A stretch of DNA of 63,707 nt, counting the filler, from Olpidium bornovanus S191 (taxonomy: Eukaryota > Fungi > Olpidiomycota): NCBI GenBank assembly GCA_017911155.1. It is 34 parts of 34 records of this genome, joined end to end, with 100 filler letters (N's around TTAATTAATTAA, not from the genome) between each part and the next. Parts side by side here need not be neighbours in the genome. Positions count along the whole stretch, not along the records: positions 48,158 to 49,992 come from JAEFCI010009492.1; positions 50,093 to 51,479 come from JAEFCI010011352.1; positions 51,580 to 55,607 come from JAEFCI010008314.1; positions 55,708 to 57,693 come from JAEFCI010001337.1; positions 57,794 to 59,336 come from JAEFCI010007386.1; 29 more parts are not named here. The stretch is one strand, 5' to 3'. Both the position numbers and the translations under genes were made by a program. Positions 48,158-59,436 of this stretch are shown in pieces (the first letter of the stretch is position 1; every line of letters starts with the position of its first letter). The notes below the pieces were generated by a model. That model saw only the letters and a program-made list of their open reading frames with translations, ran no database searches and was not told where the DNA came from.

Positions 48158-49190
48158 AGAGCCCAATTACTTGGGTCGCCGCGTCCACTATGGCAAGGAC
48201 CGATGCGCCGTGTACCAGCTCGGCAAGACCCCGACCGCCAGGCCAACGTTCGGGCCGACCGCATTTCAGAACCCCATGGGCTTCCCCGAGACGTTTGCTC
48301 CAGGCCAGGATTTCCAGATGCCTGATACGACAGGTGCCATGCCGAGCTTTCCGGTATCGGTGCTCGACATGACAGCTGGGGGCAACCGCAGCGTGTACTT
48401 GGGGGGCATTCATCCGGACGCGACTTGCGAGGACATCTGCAATGCCATCCGCGGCGGGATTCTGAACCAGATTCGATACTTATCTGACAAGCACATAGCC
48501 TTTGTCACGTTCGTGGACCCTTCGGCCGCGGTCGGTTTCTACAACACTTGTGCCTTCCAGGGCCTCGTCGTCAAAAGCCGTCGGGTCCGCGTGGGATGGG
48601 GCAAGCCTGCGGTCGTGCCGCGGGACGTACTGGCTGCGGTGCAGGTGGGCGCTTCGCGGAACGTTTACCTCGGCGGCATCGAGGACAACGTGAACGAGGA
48701 CCAACTGCGGGCCGACTTTTCGGCGTTCGGCGAGATCGAGCTCGTTAACATCCTCCGCGAGAAGAGCTGCGGCTTCGTCAACTTTACGACCGTCTCGGCG
48801 GCGATGAAAGCTGTCGAGGGCATGCGCGCCAGCCCCGGCTACGCGGGCGTGAAGATCAACTTCGGCAAGGACCGGTGCGGCAACCCGCCGCGCCCACCCC
48901 GCGCCCGCGACGGCGAGGTGTTTGCGGCGGGCGGCCTAAGCGCGCCCGGAACAGCGGTCACCACGACCGGCATGCTTGGGTTTGGCGTGTTCCCCAGCCC
49001 CGCCGCGCCCCCGCCTTCGGGAGTGCTGTCACCGCCAGCCGGCCCTCCCGGCGTCGAGGTCGCCGCGCCCGGGACGCTGGGTGTCGCGGGGTCAAGTGCC
49101 GGGGGGGGAATATCCGGCCAGATGTCTGCGCTGGCGGGGCCACGGTCGGCGGGCATCCGGGTCACGTCGCCGGTCTCGTTTTTCGCCTGA
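48158..49190 (+). CDS. MRN1: Multi-RRM protein Mrn1 / S. pombe Nrd1-like, 3' part
   Basis: YGKDRC, GNRSVYLGGIHP..CNAIRGG..KHIAFVTFVDP, RVGWGK, GASRNVYLGG..FGEIELVNILREKSCGFVNF..INFGKDRCGNPPR. Confidence 0.92.
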
Positions 49191-49440
49191 TTTTCGTTTA
49201 TATTTTTTTTTTTCCACCTTTCTTTTTTTTCCTTCTTTTTTTCCTTTTCTCATTTTTCTTCCTTTTTTTTTCCTTTTTTCTTTTTCCTCGTCAAACCTGT
49301 TTTCCGCTTCCCGGAAGGCGTTTCGCTTTTCAAAGGATTGCAAGTTCCCCAGCGATTGTCGTATCAGCTCAACCTCGTCCTCCACGTCGTCGGCTGCTTT
49401 CGGACCAGCACCAACTCGTTCCTTCCGCCTCTGCGTTATC

Positions 49441-49486
<46 letters not shown>

Positions 49487-49521
49487 CCCCCCCCCCTTTT
49501 CCCCCCCCCCCCCCTTTTTCC

Positions 49522-49561
<40 letters not shown>

Positions 49562-49841
49562 CTCGCAGCCGACTTGTTTGCAGGTTCCTTGCTTCTTCCC
49601 CCTCCCCGTCTCCCCCCCTCTTCCCTCCCCTTCTCCTCTCCCCACCCACTCCTCCTCCCTCCCCCGTCCCCCACCCCCGTTTGCTGGCAACTCCGTTCGC
49701 GTTTTTCCCGGCATCCCTCCATAGAGGCATACGAACGTGTCGCGCACGCATTTTCGTGTAAAAAGGAGTCCAGGAGGGGGAAAAAAAAACGGACGATCTC
49801 CGCGTTTTGGTTCGACCCCGCCGGAAAAAGAAAAGAAAAGA

Positions 49842-49992
49842 TGTTGTGAACGAAGAAGAACTTTGTTGATCTGATTGAGGAGAAGAACAACCCAGGACCT
49901 GACGGGGATAGCCCTCTACTTATAGCCATTGGAGGCCGCTAACTATGGTAGGAGTAACGGTCTCAAGGGGATGACATTTTGCAGGTAGCATG
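49842..49992 (-). mobile_element. Possible LTR 3' terminus
   Basis: Minus strand has TATAAGTA and ends ..CACAACA against a T-rich flank. No internal domain to confirm. Confidence 0.3.
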
Positions 49993-50092
49993 NNNNNNNN
50001 NNNNNNNNNNNNNNNNNNNNNNNNNNNNNNNNNNNNTTAATTAATTAANNNNNNNNNNNNNNNNNNNNNNNNNNNNNNNNNNNNNNNNNNNN

Positions 50093-50864
50093 AACCATCG
50101 CATTGTTGTTCGACTTAAAATTGTTGGCGACGGACAAAAACCAAGCGTCGGAAGGATTGCACTGTTGACATGATTAGTGAGCTTTGTGACATCCACCCGA
50201 AATTTGTTCTCTCAAAGATACAAGGTAAGCAGCATGACAATGTCCTCATCCCACATAAAGCTCCATCGTTTTGCATGCCTTCCACGGCGCGAAGTGGGTA
50301 ATTTTCGGTCCTGAAGATAGCTTTGTGCCCAAACCCGCAAGGTGCGTGCAAAGTATGGCCTCTTGCCGGAAGCTTCGGCAACAAAGCTACTGGCAAACAT
50401 GCGCGTTTTCCCATTTTTCACCAGCCTAAAATACGAGAGAAGCGCTGCGACATGGACGTGGTTTACAACGACAGGCTTTTTTGTTGCTTTCCGCACCGTC
50501 TCTTGCAGTGCACGTACTGCCATCTCAAGCTGTTCGTCATCGTCTTCACTGTTGGTGTCTGCAGAAGAATCAGAAACTTCTTCGTGTTCAGCAGCTCTAC
50601 TGACGGGCGCCCAATACTCCGTGAGTTGCTTTGTTCCACTGCTTGCTCCGCTTTCTGTCGTCGTTTTGTGCGCTCAGAGTTTCCGACATAACGCAACGGC
50701 CGCCGTGAACTTTCAACATCTGACAAGTGCTGAAGTCTCTCCATGACAGCATCAAGCTCAGTTGCACTGCTGTTTTCGTTGACCTCCTCGGCTGCGTCGT
50801 CTTTGTTCTCTAAAAAATTATGTTCTTCCTCTTCCTCTTCCTCTTCCTCTTCCTCTTCGTCCAC
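50093..50864 (-). mobile_element. Degenerate fungal DNA transposase N-terminus (probably DDE / Tc1-mariner-related)
   Basis: Acidic run, RYVGNSERTKRR, then after a frameshift GKRPYFARTLRVWAQSYL..LPTSRRGRHAK..DEDI..YL*ENKFRVD..SRTTMRW. The TGA is plausibly a CGA deamination. Catalytic domain is off contig. Confidence 0.6.
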
Positions 50865-51579
50865 TGGTAGCCAGGTTGCAGGAGACTCACTACTGGAAAT
50901 CAGCGTGCCATTTCGCGTTTTTTTGCTTGTCGAGCGCGTTCAAGGTGCCTTGCTTGCCTCTTTGGAGGAGGCATGGTTACTGGACGGGTTCTACGGGAGT
51001 CTTCTAGCTTTTTTTTTGAAATTTTTTTTTTTTTTTTTTTTTTTAAATTTGGCCGTTTTTTTGGGGGGGGGGTTGGCTTTAAGGTTCGGGCCCCGTTTCT
51101 TTTCCCCCCGCCTCCGAACCCCCCCTCCCCCCCCCCCCCACCCGCCCCGGCCTCCCGTGAAAAAATTTCATTTCTTTTTTATCTTCACAAAAAAGGGAAA
51201 AAACCATAACGCCGAACCCCAGGAGGATAAAAAAATCAAAGAGAATCCGACGGTCATGTCCGAAAACACCCCCATGTTTATTTGCGCGTGCGTAAAACTG
51301 TGGTTAAAAAAGTGGCTGGAGGGGGGGGGGGGCGGGGGGACGCGGGGGGGGGGGGGGGGGGGCGGGGGGGGGGGGGGGCGGGGGGGTGGGGGGGGGGGGG
51401 GGGGAAGGGTGCGAAATAAAGTTATAAAGTGAAATGGGCGTAAACAGAGAAACTACCTTCGGAGGGTTATACCAGGGTANNNNNNNNNNNNNNNNNNNNN
51501 NNNNNNNNNNNNNNNNNNNNNNNTTAATTAATTAANNNNNNNNNNNNNNNNNNNNNNNNNNNNNNNNNNNNNNNNNNNN

Positions 51580-53476
51580 CATGCTGGCCCGAGATTTCAC
51601 TCAAAAAAAAACGCAACTTTTGGAACCGCTGAAGGGCCACACGCTGAATACGGATGAGCCCTTCGTGTTGACTTTCGGGTATCTTTGGCGCAATGCACAT
51701 CAAGCCTGGTGGATCTCCTACTCGGAGAAGCTGCGACAAAATTTGAACGCCGGACTGCAAATTCCGACCATCAGCGGCAGCTTCGGTGAACATCACACTC
51801 AACATAAGAATGGTGCGATTTCGACGCTCGTTTTCTCGGCGACCGCGCGGCGTAATCGCCCGGTCTTATCTGACCTTTTGTGTTCTGTGTGTTCTTAGCG
51901 CCCCTTCCAATTCCACAGCAACACCACCAGCAGGCGGTATTCGACCGCGGCCGCTTCGACCTTGCCCAGTACCACCGCGCGGTGATCGCCCGGCTGCGGG
52001 TGCTGTTTCCGCGGCGGCGGTACAACTCGGTGTTCCTCGACGAGCAAAACTACCTCCGGCTCGGCGCCTCACTCATCCAGCGTCTCCCGTTTCCCGCCAG
52101 CGGCGCGGACGCGAGGGAGATCGCGGCGCGGGCTGTGGCGAACATCGTGGTGCGGCCGTACAGCCTCGGGCCGTCGGAGAAAACGCAGATCCTAAGGCAC
52201 CTCAGCAGCAACGAGGGCGCCCGGCCGGCGCTGACGGCGACGGGAAGCGCCTGGGTCCGAGGGTGGAGTGGGTCGGTCCCTGCCCTCTCTGTCGGCGAGG
52301 TTGGCCCGGTCGCCAGCCCGTCTACCGTCATAGCGCGCGGCTGGGCCACGCTGGTGGAGAAAGCAATGATGCTCTGCGGAATATTCCTGGGACTTGACGT
52401 GGACGCGTACGTGGCCTTTGGGAGGGGTAAGCGCTTTCTTGGGCAGGCTGTTGCCTATCCTCGCTGCTTCTTGACCCCCCCCCCCCCCCCCTTCCCCCCC
52501 CTTTCCATTCCGATCCCGTTTCCAAATCGGACGGTCGTCTGGGACGAAAAGGCGGGGAAAGTGGGAAATTCCCGCTCCCCGTTTTTCCTCTCTGGTCTTT
52601 TGAGTGGTAATGGGACGCGTATTCGGTAACCTGCTCGCTCGCCAACGCCGCATCCTCCGCTCTTCCGTCCTTTTCGGCCCAAATTGGATTGCAGCGTCCT
52701 CTCGCGCCAGCGTATTTGTCGTGACGTTGGACGGCGCCAAACGCGGCGGCGCCAACAAAGAGAACCAGAACTCGTCCAACCAAAACCCCCCGCCTGTCGT
52801 GATCCGCGAGCTTGCCAGCAGGACCATTCCGGAGAAATTCAAGCAGTACGCCGAGCTTTCGGCCGTGCACAATTCCAACAGCCGCGTTACCGTCAGGGTG
52901 TGGGACCCGTTTACAGGTGGAGGACCCTTTTTTTCCGGGTTTTGTGGCTTTTCGCCGGACGCCCGGCCCGGACTTTTTCGGCGCCCTTGACAGAACTGCG
53001 ATTCTCCAGGAAAATCGTTTGAGCTGACGGACCCCAGCATACCCTTCACGGTCGTCCGGACGATGATGAACGACGAGAACGTTTTTTTCTGCATCCAAAA
53101 GTCCGACGTGTTCACGAGGTGGGGGGGAAAAGTCTTCGGTTTTTTTTCTTTTTTTTTTTCATTCCGGTTTCGGTCGACGCGCAGCATGGATTGACGATCG
53201 GTAAACCGCAACGTTTTTTTTTTCCCTCAGAACGGCTTTCTCATGGGATATGCATGACGCCAAACGATGGCTCCCGCTCCTCACGCCGTCGTCGCTCAGG
53301 AATTTCGGGCGCCTTAGGAAGGCGTACCCGACTTGCGAAGCGCTTAAGGCGTACAGCGTGACGCCTACGGTTGATGAGAAGTAAGTGAGCTCGGTTCATG
53401 CCCGCCACGCTCCCGGAAAAGTTCCTTCCGCGTCCGAAAAATCGATTGTTCGAGGTCTCACGGAGCGCGCATCCCT

Positions 53477-53559
<83 letters not shown>

Positions 53560-54355
53560 CAACCACCCCCCGGGTGCAGGGCGCTGGTTTCCGCCCTGGC
53601 GCAGGCGATCCGGCATTACCGGCACCACGTGGTAATGCGCCCGGACACGCATTTCCACCGGACGGCGTCGCTGGCGATGCAGTCGATGATCCCGCTTTTC
53701 GAGGCGCGGTGGCGGGAGGAGCGCGGCGAGGTGGTCAGGCGCAAGGGCGACAAGTACCTCTTCGACGGCCGGTGGCTGCCGGAGGTCGGCAAGGCCGGCG
53801 ACGGGGAGCCGGCCTGGAGGCGGGACCTGCACGCCGAGCTCCAGGACGCCGTGACGACCACGTTGCCGGACGGAACGATTTTTTTCGGCAGAATGTACAG
53901 GTTTGTCGACGACCACCCGCTGAGAATCGTCGAACAGCTAGGTAGGGGGACGACGACGACGGCCGCTGCGAAAGGGGGGGATTGGGGGGGGGTTCACCGC
54001 AAGCCGAACCCGCGCGAAGCCGCTAAAAAGAAAACGGGCGGGTTCACGAGCTCGCTTCTGGTTTTTCTCGTCTTTTTTGACTTTGTTCCGCTCCTTTTTC
54101 TTTTCCCTTTTTTTTGTTTTTTTTTTCCCCCTTCTGTTTCCATCCTGCCCTTCCCCGTTCTCTCAAGCGACCCTCGGAGCCCTCAACTGCGCGTCCGCGG
54201 ACGCCCTGTTCGCCGTCGCCGGCAAAGTTTTCCACAAGCCTTTGGCGTCGAAGACCGCCTGGGTCGGCGTCGGGCACATCACGCGCCTCGTCGAGGGGGA
54301 AGGGTCGGGTCTGGGCATCGGCGTCATCACGAAGGCGAAGGCCAAAAAGTGGTGA
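51580..54355 (+). CDS. CC2D2A(MKS6)/CEP76-family centriole/transition-zone protein, C-terminal transglutaminase-like region
   Basis: LFPRRRYNSVFLDEQ, EIAARAVANI, AMMLCGIFLGLDVDAYVAFG, VWDPFTG..P..V..MNDENVFFCIQ, THFHRTASLAMQSMIPLFE, ELQDAV..LPDGTIFFG, FAVAGKVFHKP..AWVGV align by eye to recalled CC2D2A/CEP76 blocks. Confidence 0.72.
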
Positions 54356-55759
54356 AATCTTTTTTTTTTTCCTCCCTCTGTCTCTCTCTCTTTCTCTTTC
54401 TCTCCACTGTTAATTTGCGCTTTTGTTTCGAGTAGACCCAAAAAAAATATTAAAATCCCCGTCCTCCCCCCCCTTCCCCGGGAAAGGAACGGTGTTGTCA
54501 GACTGGCGGCAGATTTACGACGCCGACCTGCCGGCGAAAAGTTTGAGAACTCTATACGCGCCCGCCGGCAGGAGGGTTGGGTTTTCTAGACCCTGAGTGT
54601 CGGCGCGGCGGGCGGCGTTTCCGCCCCTCCTGTGTTCTCTCTCTTGTCTCTCTCTTTCTCTTTCTTCCGCTCTCTCTCCCGCACCCCTTGCCACCACCCC
54701 CCACCCGCGAGTCTCAAAACGTGGAGAAATTCTCGTTTGCCACCGCTGGTCGTTTGGATGCGGGGAAGGCCGAGGGAGGGGCGCGGGGGGGTGTTCGGCG
54801 GGACTCCAGCGAACGGGTTGCCGCGCTGAGGGAAACCAGAGAAACGAGAGCCTCCGCCGAAAAAAAAAACTCTTCAGGAGTGTTTCAGAAGTGTTCAGAG
54901 GGGGGAGTTTCTGCTTGGCCGTGTATGTGGTTTACTTTTGCAACCGATTGGCCGCCATAGAATTCCCGGCTTTTTCTCTTTTTTCTTTTGTCTTCACAGT
55001 CGAGTTCTGAGAACCATTCGGCACACGGGACTGTTTATATAATTGCGTGCGCAGTCCCAGAAGTCAACGACGAAAGAAAAAAAAAGATCTTAGTGTGTCT
55101 TTCTGATCGCCGTGGGCTGTGGCGGTCCTCGTCGTTACAACCACAGGTGGAAACATAAGTAAAGAACGTGTCGTGTCTTTCGAGGTGCCTCTTTTTCCGT
55201 CCGTGCCGCTTCCTGCTGAATGTCCTGTTTTGTTCAGACATGCCTATCGGCCCTTCAGGCGCTCCCCTGCTCACTCTCATCGAGGACAACCCCGCTGAAC
55301 CTATTACGCGGCCTGGGCCGCACACCCAACCTCCAAGTCGCCGTACGCAGCGTAGGCAGAACCCCGGCATCCTTTACCCGTACCACTGTACCCCCCGAAA
55401 AGACGCCCGCGCAATTGCTATTTGCTTTTCGACCTGCTGCATTCCTGCGACTTAGCCGTTGGACCCGGCATAATATGTGGTGTGGCGCATGTGCTTGCGC
55501 CGTCTAAAACTGTGCTGCAATTCTCCGCCGTATATGAAAAGGAGTATCTTCAGAAGGATTGGCGAACATAAGGTGTTTACTGTTGCTTGCACTCAGGAGG
55601 CTTGTCGNNNNNNNNNNNNNNNNNNNNNNNNNNNNNNNNNNNNNNNNNNNNTTAATTAATTAANNNNNNNNNNNNNNNNNNNNNNNNNNNNNNNNNNNNN
55701 NNNNNNNGTTCTTTACTCGCACATATCTATCCGGTCTCCCCAGCGTACCGACCCCGCAC

Positions 55760-57452
55760 ATGTTGTACGCCGGTAATCCCCTTCGCACAGGGCCTCCGGC
55801 GGGGGGCCTTCGGCCCCCCTAGATACTCAGCGTTGTCCGCGCCAGGCGGCCTTCGGCCGCCGGCGCTAAATACAGTCGAGTTCAACCCTAACCCTAACCC
55901 GCAACCTTCGACGACCAATAAAGCACCGCAAAGGCCACCCACGTCATCTCTCCAGGCAATCCAATTCGGCCGCCAGGTCGGCACCTCGAAACTTGTCGTG
56001 TCGCAATTAAAGCAAAATACCGCCCTCCCCCCGTCTTTCGTCCGCCTCACCAACGCCGACGGCGCCCCGTCGGTTCCCTCGCACGCCTCGTGAAACACGA
56101 CTTCGCCCCCCCGGAGCTCGTGCATCTGCTTTCCGACACGATCTTCCGTGTACCAGATTTTGTCGTCTTCACAGATGACGGTGCTCCCCCGGCCGGCGCT
56201 CGCTCGGCGAGCCATCCTGTTTGCAAACTCGGCGGCCGCGCAAGCGACGACCGTCGGAGGCGCGCGCGGCCCCGCAAACGCGCACGCCGGCTCGGCGGTC
56301 GGATTGGGCCACAACTCAAAGTGGTGTTTTAGGGCCGAGGCCTTCGTGCAGTTCCCAGGCGAGACGTGGAGCAGGGCGGCCTCGTCATAGTCAAGAGGCC
56401 GCACGAGAGTATCTGCGACGCAGACGTCTAACAAGAAAGCACGTGGGTTGGGGTTAGGGCGGAGTGTTAAAGGCCGGGTGTCAATACAACGACGCAACGC
56501 GTGGTATCGAAACCCCCGCACTATCCACCCCAATAATCAACCGAAGGTGTTACCTCGGGTGATCGCTGCAAAGTCCCACGCTTCGCCATCCCGCAGCAGT
56601 CGCCCACGCGGCGTCCAGTCGTCGTCGACGGCGACGGCGCGGAGCGGGCACTTGCCACGCTTTCCGCACCCGATCATCCGGAACTGCTGGGACACGCAGT
56701 ACGGGGCCAGATCCACAAGTGAGGTCCCCGTTAACCCCGAACACCAGACGACAGCGGTGCGGTGTACCCCGTCGCTCACTTGTCTATACAACATACTGCA
56801 AACCTGAAAGGATCTTTTTTGTCAGAACTGCTTACTCTTCTTTGATTGTGCACGCGGTATCGATACCCCCGTACATACCTTCCGAAGAAACACTGAAAAC
56901 TCAAAAACGGTAAATAACATCGAAGTATGGTGATGATCGAAGATGAAGTCACCAAAGATTATGTGCAGGGAGAACTTGTCTCTCCTGCATGCGGTGAGGA
57001 CGGTCGGCGGCTTCGCGTCCGCGACCGTCGGGAACGCCCGCGACAAGAACTTCCGGAGCGCTTTTAAGAAAATGCGTGCGATCTGCAGCGCGACCTCCTC
57101 CGTCATCTCCTTCCCGACCTCCCTTCTAAACTCCTCCTCCGCCGCTCCCTGCTTCACAACATCCCCCGGGTACACCTCCTCCAGCGACCTCCGCAGACGT
57201 GTCTCATCGACGTTCGGAAAGGCGAGCTCCACGTCAAAGTACAACCGCGCGGGCGCTTCCCCGAAAACCACTTCGTAGGCGGACGGCGTCCTCGTAAGCC
57301 AGCAGCGCCGCAGGAACGAAGCGGCCGTCGCCACGACGAACCGCGAACCGCTTCTTCCCGCGCTCCGTATCCTCGGCCCACACGAAAGACCCATGCCGCC
57401 CCGCCATTGCCTGCTTCGCGATTTCCAGTTTGTAGAAGACGTTGGTGTTCAT
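55760..57452 (-). pseudogene. Archaeo-eukaryotic primase (PrimPol-like) plus Zn-finger gene, spliced, with one frameshift (exons 57452-56879, 56803-56554, 56427-?)
   Basis: AEP motifs AYEVV..RLYFDVE (I), KFSLHIIF (II), VDLAPYCVSQQFRMIGCGKRGK (III); HEACEG..PSA..FCFNC. Two frame-preserving GT-AG introns; 7-bp duplication frameshift at 57338-57351. 3' end unresolved. Confidence 0.82.
55801..55861. repeat. Two perfect GC-rich hairpins with a 3-nt loop (GAA on minus strand)
   Basis: GGGGGGCC-TTC-GGCCCCCC at 55801-55819; GGCGGCC-TTC-GGCCGCC at 55845-55861. Confidence 0.95.
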
Positions 57453-57652
57453 CTTCGGTGGTTTGTAGCGTAGTACCGGTGGTTTGTAGCGTGGTATCGA
57501 TACTCCTGCCAGTGGGGGAAAAGGGGGGGAGGTTCGACGGAGGGGAGCCCTTTTTATCCCCCCCCCCCCCCCAAAAAAAAAAAAAAACAAACAAACACCC
57601 CCCTACCCCACTTCCCTTTCAGAGGGTTTTCTGGTATTTGGGTATCGATACT
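56503..57652. repeat. Dispersed palindrome GGTATCGATAC(C/T), four copies
   Basis: 56503-56514 (one mismatch), 56856-56867, 57493-57504, 57641-57652. Confidence 0.93.
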
Positions 57653-58024
57653 TCGTATACATTCAAAAAAGGAGGGAGCCAAGTTCTTTAATANNNNNNN
57701 NNNNNNNNNNNNNNNNNNNNNNNNNNNNNNNNNNNNNTTAATTAATTAANNNNNNNNNNNNNNNNNNNNNNNNNNNNNNNNNNNNNNNNNNNNCACCATG
57801 GTCTCCTGTTTTCTTTCCTTTTTCCTTCTTTCCTTCTTTCTTTTCTCTTTTCTTCCGGGGCGGAAGAAGCGGGCGCGGCACGCGCCGCGCCCCCTTTTAT
57901 ACCCGGGGATCGCGCCTTTTTTTTTCCTCGCCGTTTGTTTTGGCTTTTTTTTTTACCCCCCCCCCCCCCGCCCCCCCCCCCCCCCCTCCCCTAAACGCGG
58001 GGGGGCCCCAATTTTGGGACCCCC

Positions 58025-58056
<32 letters not shown>

Positions 58057-58805
58057 AGTTTTCGGCCTCTCATTTTTCTGTCGTCCTTGGGATTCGATTG
58101 GTGGGGATTGGGGCGCGTGGTTGTGGCCGCTCCGCCGTTCCCCGCGTCGTCGCCCCCGTTCCCCCACCTTCCACGCCCGCTCTCGTCTGCCGCTCGCGGC
58201 CGGTCAAGTTCTTCCGTCCGCACTCTCTTTCTCTCTCAATTTCTCGGTCCGGCTCCTCTCGCTTCTCGCCTTTCGCGCTCCTCTCCATCTCTCTTCCCAT
58301 CGTTCCCTCTGCCCTCTGCTTTTTCTCCTCTCTTCTCGTTTTCTCTCTCTCTCTTCTCTCTCTCTCTCTCTCGCGGACCTCGCGCGATCAGCCTCGCCCG
58401 TCGCGATCGCGCGCAAACTCAGCCGGAAAAACGTACAATGCGGGAAGCGCCCGCCGACCGTTTTCCCTGTTAACGCCGAACAAAACGCCTTCGGGAAACG
58501 CGTGAGAACGCCGGATTAGTCTTGGCGGGCGCCCCCCCCCCCCCCTTCCCCCTCCCTCGAGAGCTCGACGACCTGGCCCCCTCTCCCCCGTTCCTCGGGA
58601 CTCCGTCCTGCCCGCGGTTACCGTCCCGAACCCGGCGTCCCCCACTCCCCTCCTCGGCCTGCGCCTGGCGACCCTTGTCCGACGCGGACGGACACGCTCC
58701 TTCCGGAGCGCCGTTGCGGCGTCGGCGGCGCTTCCAAGACGGCGGGTCGCGGTAACCGGGGTCCACCGTGGAAGGAGGAGAGTTGAATTCCGTGTCTGTC
58801 GGGCC

Positions 58806-59336
58806 ATGCGCGTTGTCGTCGCGTTCCTCGTCGCGCTCGCCGCGAGCGGCGCCGGCGCGGCAGCCGCCGCCGGCCCTTCTGCCTGCAACGGTTTCGCCGA
58901 GCTCTGCCCCATGCCCTACAGCTCCGTTGCAACTGCGACAACGCACAACGCCTACGCTGTGGGGCCCTACCCGGCAGCGAACCAGAATAACCCTGTTGCC
59001 CGGCAGCTGGAGGACGGCATCCGCGGACTCTCGCTCGACATCATGTACCCCTCCGCCACGAACCAGTCGGCGATTTACCTGTGCCACACCGACTGCTCTT
59101 TGCTCAGTGCCGGAAGCCTTGTCGACACGCTGAAGGTCATCGCTTACTTTCTACACGCGAACCCAAACGAGGTCGTCACAATTTTTTTCGAGAACGACAA
59201 CATACCGCCCGACAAGATCAGGGAACCCTTTGTCGACGCCGGACTAGACTCGCTCGCTTTTGTCCCGTCGTCGCAAACCGCGTGGCCGACCCTCGGGGAA
59301 ATGATAAGTCAAAACAAGCGCTTGGTCGTTTTCATG
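58806..59336 (+). CDS. Secreted PI-PLC X-domain-like phosphodiesterase, 5' part
   Basis: Signal peptide, then CNGFAELC..YS..THNAYA..NQ..QLEDGIRGLSLD..LCHTDC..FLHANPNEVVTIFFEN..WPTLGEMISQNKRLVVF. Confidence 0.92.
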
Positions 59337-59436
59337 NNNNNNNNNNNNNNNNNNNNNNNNNNNNNNNNNNNNNNNNNNNNTTAATTAATTAANNNNNNNN
59401 NNNNNNNNNNNNNNNNNNNNNNNNNNNNNNNNNNNN

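Noticed and set aside
55884-56459. True telomere or chromosome end
   Set aside because: Only 2-3 repeat units, internal, within or near introns. Kept only as part of the primase-locus motif set.
410-58519. Many long ORFs with poly-K/F/P/G in the ORF track (e.g. 4465-5544, 7092-7792, 28506-29441, 48875-49849)
   Set aside because: They are shadows of homopolymer tracts and high GC, or antisense to real genes, and have no domain motifs.
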